A stretch of DNA of 25,972 bases, taken from Elainellaceae cyanobacterium (GTDB lineage Bacteria > Cyanobacteriota > Cyanobacteriia > CAZCXK01). The stretch is taken from positions 1-25,972 of the forward strand of contig JBNPEG010000178.1 in the NCBI GenBank assembly GCA_051117555.1, given 5' to 3'. The stretch's first letter is position 1, and each line of letters opens with the position of its first letter. Shown here one piece after another: positions 17,936 through 25,972 of this stretch. Under the pieces are notes generated by a model that worked only from the letters and a program-made list of their open reading frames with translations, made no database searches and had not been told where the DNA came from. Both the position numbers and the translations under genes were made by a program.

Positions 17936-18907
17936 ATGGCTATTAAGACACTCAATCACAGAAACATGATCAGCATTTCTTCTTGTAAAGAGACTTTGTC
18001 AGCGCAGCAGTCCGTGGCAGTCGCCAAATGTGCAGAGCTGGCGGCATTAGCCGATCAGCTTACTGATGGCAGGGGAGAGGGTTATCATTCAACCGCGATC
18101 GATCCTTTAGTCTTTGTCCGACAAAGCAACTCTTCCATCACCATCCAGGAAGTTAGCGAACCCCTATTCTCCATTGTGGTGCAGGGTCAAAAAAAAGTAT
18201 CACTCAATGAGGAAACGTTTCAGTATGGGATTGCTCAGTATCTGATTCTTTCGGTGGACATGCCGCTGAGTGCTTGTATGGTAGAAGCAACCCCTGATCA
18301 GCCCTATCTCGGCTTAAAGCTGAAGCTAGACCCAGGACAACTCTGTGAGATTATTGCTCAAACAAAGCTGGGTATCAGTCAGAACCAAAGCCCTGTCAGA
18401 GGCTGGTGTGTCAGCGATGCCGCGCCATCTTTAATCGATTGCGTTATCCGGTTAACAAAGCTGTTAGATACACCACAGGACATCTCATTTCTAGCACCGT
18501 TGATGATTCGCGAAATCTATTACCGTTTGCTCACCGACCAACAAGGTGCAGTGGTGCGTCAGATTGCGACCGCTGGCAGTAATATGCAGCGCATTGCTGA
18601 CGTGATTAAACAGATTAAAGCTGATTTTACAAAGCCGCTGCGGGTTGAGGAGCTAGCAGAGCAGACGAATATGTCGGCTGCATCGTTCCATCGTCACTTC
18701 AAAGCTGTCACATCCATGAGTCCGCTGCAATATCAAAAGCAATTACGACTGTTAACTGCCCGACAGATGATGCTTGCCGAGGCGATCGATGCCACTCAAG
18801 CGGCTTATCGAGTTGGGTATGAGAGTACGTCGCAATTCAGCCGCGAATATTCCCGCATGTTTGGTGCACCGCCCATTCGAGATATAGAACGGCTACGGGT
18901 ATCTTGA
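17936..18907 (+). CDS. AraC family regulator with AraC_N domain (YqhC-like)
   Basis: IVVQGQKKV, REIYYRLL and MSPLQYQKQLRL...VGYESTSQFSREYSRMFGAPP motifs. Confidence 0.95.
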   Translation: MAIKTLNHRNMISISSCKETLSAQQSVAVAKCAELAALADQLTDGRGEGYHSTAIDPLVFVRQSNSSITIQEVSEPLFSIVVQGQKKVSLNEETFQYGIAQYLILSVDMPLSACMVEATPDQPYLGLKLKLDPGQLCEIIAQTKLGISQNQSPVRGWCVSDAAPSLIDCVIRLTKLLDTPQDISFLAPLMIREIYYRLLTDQQGAVVRQIATAGSNMQRIADVIKQIKADFTKPLRVEELAEQTNMSAASFHRHFKAVTSMSPLQYQKQLRLLTARQMMLAEAIDATQAAYRVGYESTSQFSREYSRMFGAPPIRDIERLRVS

Positions 18908-18923
18908 ATGCTGTGCATCTTTT

Positions 18924-18987
18924 GAGAGGATCAGGCAAACATCGGTAAGGTTTGTGTATTCAAACTCCTAATTCGTACTTATAGGAT
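18924..18987 (+). promoter_or_regulatory. Putative AraC binding site and promoter for the downstream operon
   Basis: AGGATCAGGCAA (18927) and AGGTTTGTGTAT (18948) at a 21-bp period; TAGGAT -10-like at 18982. Confidence 0.55.
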
Positions 18988-19039
18988 GAAACTATTCGAA
19001 CCGATGACTCGAATTGCATAAAAATTTCAGGAGATTGAG

Positions 19040-19681
19040 ATGATGCGTTATTTAAGTCAAGTTTTCATTGGCACAGGGCTGATCGGACTGCTGGTTGTTC
19101 CGGCAATGACGCAAGCTCGCACGGATGAGGCAGGTTTTCAGTCGAATGGGACTGCGTTTGAGCCAAGTCATGACTCGACCTCATTGAATAAACAGCCTGC
19201 CCTCAATCAGTTTCCAGCGATCGCAGATTTGGCTCAGGCAACTCAGCCCAATCAAGCAGACGCAGAGACTCAGGTAATCGAACAGCGCAACAAAGAAATC
19301 GTCCGGCAGTCTTTTGACGGTTGGCGCAACGGAACTGGCAACTTCTTCGACCTGCTCGCCCCAGAAGCAACCTGGACGATTACAGGCACTGGCGTAACTG
19401 CGGGAACCTATCGCAAGCAAGCGTTACTCGATCAAGTTATCAACCCAACCAGTGCCCGTTTATCGACCCCAATCGTGCCAACCGTGCGCGGCATCTGGGC
19501 AGATGGCGATATGGCCATTGCCCTGTGGGATGGAGAGGCGACCGCCGGGGACGGCAGACCTTATCGGAACACCTACACCTGGTATTTCAGAATGCAGGAT
19601 GGCAAAGCAATTGAAGCGATCGCCTTTCTGGACATGCAAGAGTTTAACGACTTATGGACAAGAGTTTCACCGAGAAACTAG
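19040..19681 (+). CDS. SnoaL/NTF2-like (ketosteroid isomerase-like) protein with signal peptide
   Basis: NKEIVRQSF..FFDLLAPEATWTITG..DGRPYRNTYTWYFRMQDGK; AGGAG RBS. Confidence 0.88.
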   Translation: MMRYLSQVFIGTGLIGLLVVPAMTQARTDEAGFQSNGTAFEPSHDSTSLNKQPALNQFPAIADLAQATQPNQADAETQVIEQRNKEIVRQSFDGWRNGTGNFFDLLAPEATWTITGTGVTAGTYRKQALLDQVINPTSARLSTPIVPTVRGIWADGDMAIALWDGEATAGDGRPYRNTYTWYFRMQDGKAIEAIAFLDMQEFNDLWTRVSPRN

Positions 19682-19741
19682 TGCTGGTTGCCCTGTCGCT
19701 GAGCTAAAGAAACTTCCGCAACTTTAACAAGGAGAATAGCC

Positions 19742-20506
19742 ATGATAAACAACACAAAGATCGCATTGGTCACAGGAGCGAGCCGAGGACTGGGCAAAAA
19801 TACGGCTTTGGCACTGGCTAAAAAAGGAGTCGATGTGGTCGTGACCTATCGCAGCAGCGAGGCAGAAGCAAGTAGCGTTGTCTCTGAGATTTCAGAAATG
19901 GGCGGTAAAGCCGCTGCCCTGCAATTGGACGCTTCCAGCACAAAACCCTTTGATGAATTTGCGGCACAGGTCAAACAGACGCTTCAAGATCAGTGGCAGA
20001 CCGAGCAGTTTGATTTTCTAGTAAACAATGCAGGAATTGGGATTCATAAGCCGTTTACTGAAACCACCGAGGACGATTTTGATCGATTGATAAACCTCCA
20101 ATTCAAAGGCGTTTTCTTTCTCACCCAAAAGCTGTTGCCACTGCTCAAGGACGGCGGACGGATTGTGAATCTTTCGTCGGGGCTTGCTCGTTTTACGCTG
20201 CCGGGCTACTCAGCCTATGCCAGCATGAAAGGCGCGATCGAGGTGCTGACTCGATATATGGCAAAAGAACTAGGGCACAGACAGATTGCCGTAAATGTTG
20301 TGGCTCCAGGCGCGATCGAAACAGATTTTGCGGGCGGTGCAGTCCGTGACAATCCAGAAATCAACAACTTCCTCGCTTCGCAAACCGCGTTAGGGCGAGT
20401 TGGTCTTCCCGATGATATTGGAGGTGCGATCGCATCTTTACTTTCTGAAGACAACCGTTGGGTAAATGCTCAGAGAATTGAAGTCTCTGGCGGTATGTTT
20501 CTTTAA
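19742..20506 (+). CDS. Short-chain dehydrogenase/reductase
   Basis: TGASRGLG, NNAG and YASMK motifs. Confidence 0.95.
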   Translation: MINNTKIALVTGASRGLGKNTALALAKKGVDVVVTYRSSEAEASSVVSEISEMGGKAAALQLDASSTKPFDEFAAQVKQTLQDQWQTEQFDFLVNNAGIGIHKPFTETTEDDFDRLINLQFKGVFFLTQKLLPLLKDGGRIVNLSSGLARFTLPGYSAYASMKGAIEVLTRYMAKELGHRQIAVNVVAPGAIETDFAGGAVRDNPEINNFLASQTALGRVGLPDDIGGAIASLLSEDNRWVNAQRIEVSGGMFL

Positions 20507-20554
20507 TTCACGCTGACTAAAACACAAGGAAACTAAAACAGAGAGAAACTCCCT

Positions 20555-21289
20555 ATGTTGAATGTAGAAAACAAAGTGATTGCTATCACCGGAGCCAGTA
20601 GCGGGATTGGTGAAGCAACGGCTAGATTGCTGGCTCGTCAGGGTTTACAGGTGATGTTAGGGGCGCGACGCACCGATCGACTGGAAGCAATTGCTGCCGA
20701 AATTCGTTCTAAAGGCGGCAAAGCAGAATACCGTGCCCTGGATGTCACCAACCTCGAAGACATGCAAGCCTTTGTCGAGATTGCCCAGGATAAATTTGGT
20801 CGCCTTGATGTTGTGGTGAACAATGCAGGCTTGATGCCGCTCTCCAGGCTAGAGGTGCTGAAGATCGATGAATGGAACCGCATGATTGATGTGAACATTC
20901 GCGGTGTGCTTCACGGGATTGCTGCTGCACTACCTCTCTTTAAGCAGCAACGATCCGGGCAGTTTGTCAATCTATCCTCGATTGGCGGGCACAACGTCTA
21001 TCCAACCGCAGCCGTATACTGCGCCACTAAGTTTGCAGTTTGGGCGATTTCCGAGGGACTGCGGCAAGAATCGAGAGACATCCGGGTTACGGTGATTTCG
21101 CCTGGAGTGACGGAAACTGAACTTGCCAGCACGATCACGGATGCTGAAGCAGCGGAATGGGTGGAGGGATTTCGTGAGGCCGTAATTCCAGCAGACGCGA
21201 TCGCCCGTGCGATTGCCTTTGCGATCGAGCAACCCGCAGAGGTGGATGTGAATGAAATCATTGTTCGACCGATTGGACAAATGAGCTAA
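20555..21289 (+). CDS. Short-chain dehydrogenase/reductase
   Basis: TGASSGIG, NNAG and YCATK motifs. Confidence 0.95.
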   Translation: MLNVENKVIAITGASSGIGEATARLLARQGLQVMLGARRTDRLEAIAAEIRSKGGKAEYRALDVTNLEDMQAFVEIAQDKFGRLDVVVNNAGLMPLSRLEVLKIDEWNRMIDVNIRGVLHGIAAALPLFKQQRSGQFVNLSSIGGHNVYPTAAVYCATKFAVWAISEGLRQESRDIRVTVISPGVTETELASTITDAEAAEWVEGFREAVIPADAIARAIAFAIEQPAEVDVNEIIVRPIGQMS

Positions 21290-21324
21290 ATCTCGGAAGT
21301 TGAAGAAACACAGGAGAAGTAATC

Positions 21325-22311
<987 letters not shown>

Positions 22312-22434
22312 ACGCATTCAGAAATGAACAATCGTCTTTCCCACAGCCGTAGTCGCGAGTCTCGCTACTGCCGAGATCTTTCGCCGTAGCGGATCGGTCT
22401 GGACTGCTGTCATTGTTCACGTCGTTTGCAACTT

Positions 22435-22535
22435 GCCCACAATTCCGGTGATGGTAGCTGCTGGCATGGGCTGATAAAACGGTTCGGAGTGCGATCGCTC
22501 ACCTGTAGTAGCGCGACAAGTTTAAACTGTTGGGC
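22435..22535 (+). other. Degenerate attC-like site
   Basis: GCCCA-CAATTCCGGTGAT resembles GCACAACAATTCCGTTGAT at 3628. Ends in GTTGGGC (GTTRRRY), complementary to GCCCA(A)C. Confidence 0.4.
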
Positions 22536-22641
22536 TAAATAAATCTCATATTATCCAACAAATTAGCCTGGATGAGCTAGTAGTAGCGCATCCAGGCTAG
22601 ACATCATAGTTTGCCGGGGAACCTTGGACACATGACAAACC

Positions 22642-22698
22642 GTGAGCAGTGGTGAGATTGCGCTTGATACCTCGGCTGCGATTCGTTTTTTGAATGGT
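22642..22698 (+). pseudogene. 5' fragment of a VapC/PIN toxin gene
   Basis: Translates as VSSGEIALDTSAAIRFLNG, a typical PIN first strand/helix (LDTS); similarity then stops. Confidence 0.55.
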
Positions 22699-22746
22699 AC
22701 GGGCGGACTAGAGGTTATCGGTGGGAGTTCACGTACTACTGTTCGA

Positions 22747-22892
22747 CTGAGAGTTTTCTGTATGTTCAAGTGCCAAGTTCGTTGACATCATGATGCGATC
22801 GCACCTTTCCATGGAATGCACTGCTGTCAAGACATAAAATACAGGTGAGTTATGGAATGCGCCCTGCACAATTGGGCGATCGCACTTGAGAG
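22747..22892 (+). repeat. Left copy of an about 140-bp HIP1-containing direct repeat
   Basis: 54-bp core 22794-22847 is identical to 23918-23971; flanks are similar. Confidence 0.92.
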
Positions 22893-23029
22893 TTAGGGGC
22901 TAGCAGGATACAACGCATGCAATGCTATTTTGTTCTGTCTGCATCATGGCAATGTTCGACTGTCGTTGCTTGCAATCAAGATCGCTTATTCTTAGATCAG
23001 GATAGTTCAATTTCTTCCAGCAAAAACCA

Positions 23030-23275
23030 ATGAGTGTTGTAATCCCTGATGACATCCTCCACGCAACCAAAATGACTGAGGATGAATTGAAGCTAGAAAT
23101 CGCTATCATGTTGTATAAGCAACAAAGAATTAGTAGCGGCAAAGTCCGCGCTTGGACTGGGTTAACGGTTCTCCAATTCCAGCACGAATTGGCAAAACGA
23201 GGACTGTACATCAACTATGATGTGGAAGATTTTCAATCGGACGTTGAAACCCTACAATCATTAGGTTTGTTGTGA
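23030..23275 (+). CDS. UPF0175 family protein (putative antitoxin)
   Basis: ELKLEIAIMLYKQQRISSGK..FQHELAKRG..YDVEDFQSD; overlaps the next gene by 4 bp. Confidence 0.88.
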   Translation: MSVVIPDDILHATKMTEDELKLEIAIMLYKQQRISSGKVRAWTGLTVLQFQHELAKRGLYINYDVEDFQSDVETLQSLGLL

Positions 23276-23766
23276 TCGTTGTGAGTGATACTTCGCCCAT
23301 CACCAACCTTACTGCCATTGGTCAGTTAGATCTGTTACGCCAACTCTATACAAACATCGTTATTCCCATAGCCGTCTATAACGAAATGGTGGCCGTAGAT
23401 ACTGTTGTACCTGGTGCAGTTGAAGTACAAACTCTCTCTTGGATTCAAACTCAAGTGGTTGCGGATGCTCAGAGTGTCATAGATCTACAAAGCAGCCAAG
23501 ATGACATTGATTTAGGCGAAGCTGAGGCGATCGTTCTGGCACTAGAACTCGGTGCAGACTTACTCTTAATGGATGAGCGTCGTGGTAGAAGATTGGCTGA
23601 AAATTGCGGACTCCGCGTTACTGGATTACTTGGTGTTTTATTGCAAGCCAAACGCAATGGTTTCATTACATCTGTTAAACCTATCATGGATCAATTGATA
23701 GAGGAAGCTGATTTTCGAATCAGTAGTCAATTGTATGCAACTGTCCTAAAAACTGCAGATGAGTAG
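23272..23766 (+). CDS. DUF3368 PIN-like domain protein (putative toxin)
   Basis: VVSDTSPI, DLGEAEAIVLA, LLMDERRGR and TGLLGVL motifs. Confidence 0.9.
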   Translation: MIVVSDTSPITNLTAIGQLDLLRQLYTNIVIPIAVYNEMVAVDTVVPGAVEVQTLSWIQTQVVADAQSVIDLQSSQDDIDLGEAEAIVLALELGADLLLMDERRGRRLAENCGLRVTGLLGVLLQAKRNGFITSVKPIMDQLIEEADFRISSQLYATVLKTADE

Positions 23767-23800
23767 TTGATTTTTCACTAGGCGCACGTAAGGTCTAGCT

Positions 23801-24032
23801 GGCGATCGCACTAGGGGATTTTGTCTATACGGGCGATCGCATGACGAGTTAACAAATGGGCGATCGCCCTAGGGATTTTCGTCTGTATATTCAATTGCCA
23901 GGTTCGTTGACATCATGTGCGATCGCACCTTTCCATGGAATGCACTGCTGTCAAGACATAAAATACAGGTGCGGCGCTCTATACAGTTGGGCGATCGCAC
24001 TGAAAGTTTTTGTCTGTACGGGCGATCGCACT
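23801..24032 (+). repeat. Right copy of the direct repeat plus HIP1-delimited short units
   Basis: HIP1 at 23802, 23833, 23860, 23919, 23991 and 24022. Related units: actaggggattttgtctatacgg, cctagggattttcgtctgtat, actgaaagtttttgtctgtacgg. Confidence 0.92.
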
Positions 24033-24327
24033 GTCTAGTCACCGTCTCTCTAAAACAATCGCTTTCTTAATCCCCTCCATCTGAGGTGATCGCTCCAATC
24101 AATAATTACTGTAATCGCATCGTCTAATCAACATCTGGTATGAATCGCACTTGTGTTTATGTAGCACTCTACTTTGCAAAGGTGTTTGTGCAAAGCATGT
24201 ATCTCATATAAAGATGTCAAGATTTGCAACCGCACTGCAGTTGAACAATCTTAAGGAGAATCTTCGCCGCTACACGCGAGTAACTTGCAAAATTGTAAAG
24301 TTTTTTTAATTTTCAGAACTTCATTCT

Positions 24328-24368
24328 GATAGTACACTTGATCATAGAAGTAATTCATGTGTACTATC
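24328..24368. promoter_or_regulatory. Inverted repeat upstream of the small coiled-coil ORFs
   Basis: GATAGTACAC(T)TGA ... TCA(T)GTGTACTATC: 14-bp arms with 1 mismatch. Confidence 0.55.
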
Positions 24369-24381
24369 TCAAGGTTTCTCC

Positions 24382-24516
24382 ATGGCAAAGCAACAAAGGG
24401 CGAAAGACCAGGCTCGTAATGCGCTTAAGAAAGTTGTATCAGAAAAGCAGCAGACAGAGAGGCGTATAAGAGATTTAGACGATCAAATCAAAAAATTGAG
24501 TGGTAACGGTAGTTAA
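24382..24516 (+). CDS. 44-aa coiled-coil microprotein (not in the ORF track)
   Basis: MAKQQRAKDQARNALKKVVSEKQQTERRIRDLDDQIKKLSGNGS*; AAGG upstream; clear heptad pattern. Confidence 0.6.
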   Translation: MAKQQRAKDQARNALKKVVSEKQQTERRIRDLDDQIKKLSGNGS

Positions 24517-24612
24517 TCTAATCTGACCTTTACTGAACTTTTAACTTGATAATCCGGATCTTTGTTAAATGGCTGGCAATTAGTAAATATAACTAATTGC
24601 CAGGTTTTCAGT

Positions 24613-24780
24613 ATGTTTGAAGATGAATTTCACCGCAGATTGAAAGCTCTTCTAGATGAGAAGCATGACACCCAAGTTAAGCTTATTAGGCTGACTCGGG
24701 ATGCTGATCAAGCTAAGCGTCTCATTAAACGGCTTGAGGATTTGAATAGGGAAATTGGCGAAATGCAAGATAAAATATGA
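24613..24780 (+). CDS. 55-aa coiled-coil microprotein
   Basis: MFEDEFHRRLKALLDEKHDTQVKLIRL...LIKRLEDLNREIGEMQDKI*; AGGT upstream. Confidence 0.65.
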   Translation: MFEDEFHRRLKALLDEKHDTQVKLIRLTRDADQAKRLIKRLEDLNREIGEMQDKI

Positions 24781-24794
24781 TCAAATAACTGAGT

Positions 24795-25709
24795 TTAAAC
24801 ATTAAATAGCCTATTTTCTAAATAATCTAAATAGGACTCTACTTCTTTGAACAATAGTTGGCTTATGGTTTCAGGGATTTTGCCTTTAATAAGCTCAAAA
24901 AACTTCTGATAGACATCAGCATCAGCATTCTCATAAATAGAATCGTCAGCTAGAGATGGAAGTAAACGTGGTTCATCTAAATAAATAAATTCTTGAGTAC
25001 GTACCGCATAATAGACCAACTCTAAGTAGCTTTCGATTTCTAGATAAAATCTTTCGATTCCATCATCATGATCTTTTGCTTCTCTGCTGAGATTAGGAAA
25101 CGGCTTTAGAGCAAGACTTCCATATTTCCTTGCCAAAGTTTTGCGGTTTGACAACCAAATCAGTATCCTGTTGCGATCAGGATCATCAACCTTGATTTGC
25201 AATTCTAAATCTCTTATTTCCTCTTCAAGTTCTTTTAACTTTAATTCCAGATTTGTCTTCTCAAAGCGTAACTCCTCTAGCTTTTTTTCAACGAGTTTTT
25301 CTCCTGTGATTCCCCAGACTAGTTGACTCATGGGATTAGGACTTCGCCTGCGAAAGTCGACCCACATTAAGCCTTCTAGAAAAATTGGAAGTTCTGGCTG
25401 TTGTGGAGCATCTTTTAGAAGAACTGGAATTACAGGACAATGATTTTTGACAAATTTGCGTAGAAAAGCATCTATTTCTTGCCTCTGCCAAGGACCTACA
25501 GCATTTTTGCCGACAAAAACAGCTGCCGCTTGAATTTCTGATATTTGTTGCTCTAATACTTGCTGCCATGGAACACCGGGTCGGAATTCCCATTCATCTA
25601 ACCATGGTCGAATTCCTAGTTTTTTTAGTTGTTCTGCAATATATAGAATTTCAGGCTTGTCTTCGCTGTTATGGCAAAGGAAAACATCATACTTTGATTG
25701 CTCGGTCAT
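24795..25709 (-). CDS. TIR domain protein (TIR - coiled coil - unknown helical C-domain)
   Basis: YDVFLCHNSEDK..PWLDEW..GPWQRQEI (Glu78 at the usual catalytic position); coiled coil at about aa 144-173; AT-rich. Confidence 0.9.
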   Translation of the reverse strand: MTEQSKYDVFLCHNSEDKPEILYIAEQLKKLGIRPWLDEWEFRPGVPWQQVLEQQISEIQAAAVFVGKNAVGPWQRQEIDAFLRKFVKNHCPVIPVLLKDAPQQPELPIFLEGLMWVDFRRRSPNPMSQLVWGITGEKLVEKKLEELRFEKTNLELKLKELEEEIRDLELQIKVDDPDRNRILIWLSNRKTLARKYGSLALKPFPNLSREAKDHDDGIERFYLEIESYLELVYYAVRTQEFIYLDEPRLLPSLADDSIYENADADVYQKFFELIKGKIPETISQLLFKEVESYLDYLENRLFNV

Positions 25710-25972
25710 TTTCAGCCTGCCTTTGACTAGTATATTAAGCCAGCAATTTTTCCCAAGGGTTTGGACATACTATCCTAGATTAGGTTTTGGCCCTCCAAAC
25801 TCACTTTTCCACATCAAGTAAACCGAGTTAGCTCTAACGTAATGTTTCGTAACTACTCAGCTTAAAAGATAGTAAGGATTTGCGTAACCGAGGTAAGTTA
25901 GCGGTAGGTTTGATAGCTATAAGGACAACGATGAGGCAACCCTTTTGAGTGAGACCAGTCCCAAGAAACTCA

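Noticed and set aside
22900..23214. Minus-strand 104-aa ORF
   Set aside because: Antisense to the well-supported UPF0175 gene.
23801..24032. CRISPR-like appearance of repeated GGGCGATCGCA
   Set aside because: Repeats are only about 11 bp (HIP1), spacing is irregular, the spacers resemble each other, and there are no cas genes.
25849..25860. GTAACTACTCAG, and a similar inverted CTGAATAGCTA at 2066, as possible IS termini
   Set aside because: Too short, they face away from each other, and there is no transposase or target duplication in the window.

Overview
Accessory region that looks cyanobacterial (dense HIP1 octamers, GCGATCGC). From 246 to 22311 it is a one-directional (+ strand) run of about 22 intact, functionally and compositionally mixed genes: multicopper oxidase, TetR, RDD, three CPBP/CAAX proteases, CocE hydrolase, SpoIIM-like protein, DUF1400 hydrolase, NmrA, RidA, an OXA-2-like class D beta-lactamase, and a YqhC-like AraC followed by a SnoaL/SDR/SDR/aldo-keto reductase operon. 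The spacers contain copies of leaders, promoters and gene fragments found elsewhere in the same window, plus several degenerate attC-like sites. This suggests an eroded gene-cassette array or gene-capture hotspot; no integrase is visible in the window. Downstream lie a UPF0175/DUF3368 toxin-antitoxin-like pair flanked by HIP1-rich direct repeats, then two tiny coiled-coil ORFs (one missing from the ORF track) converging on a TIR-coiled-coil gene that carries a similar motif. A 25-nt element splits a HIP1 site inside an AraC remnant. All alignments were made by eye and family calls come from recognised motifs; no searches were run.
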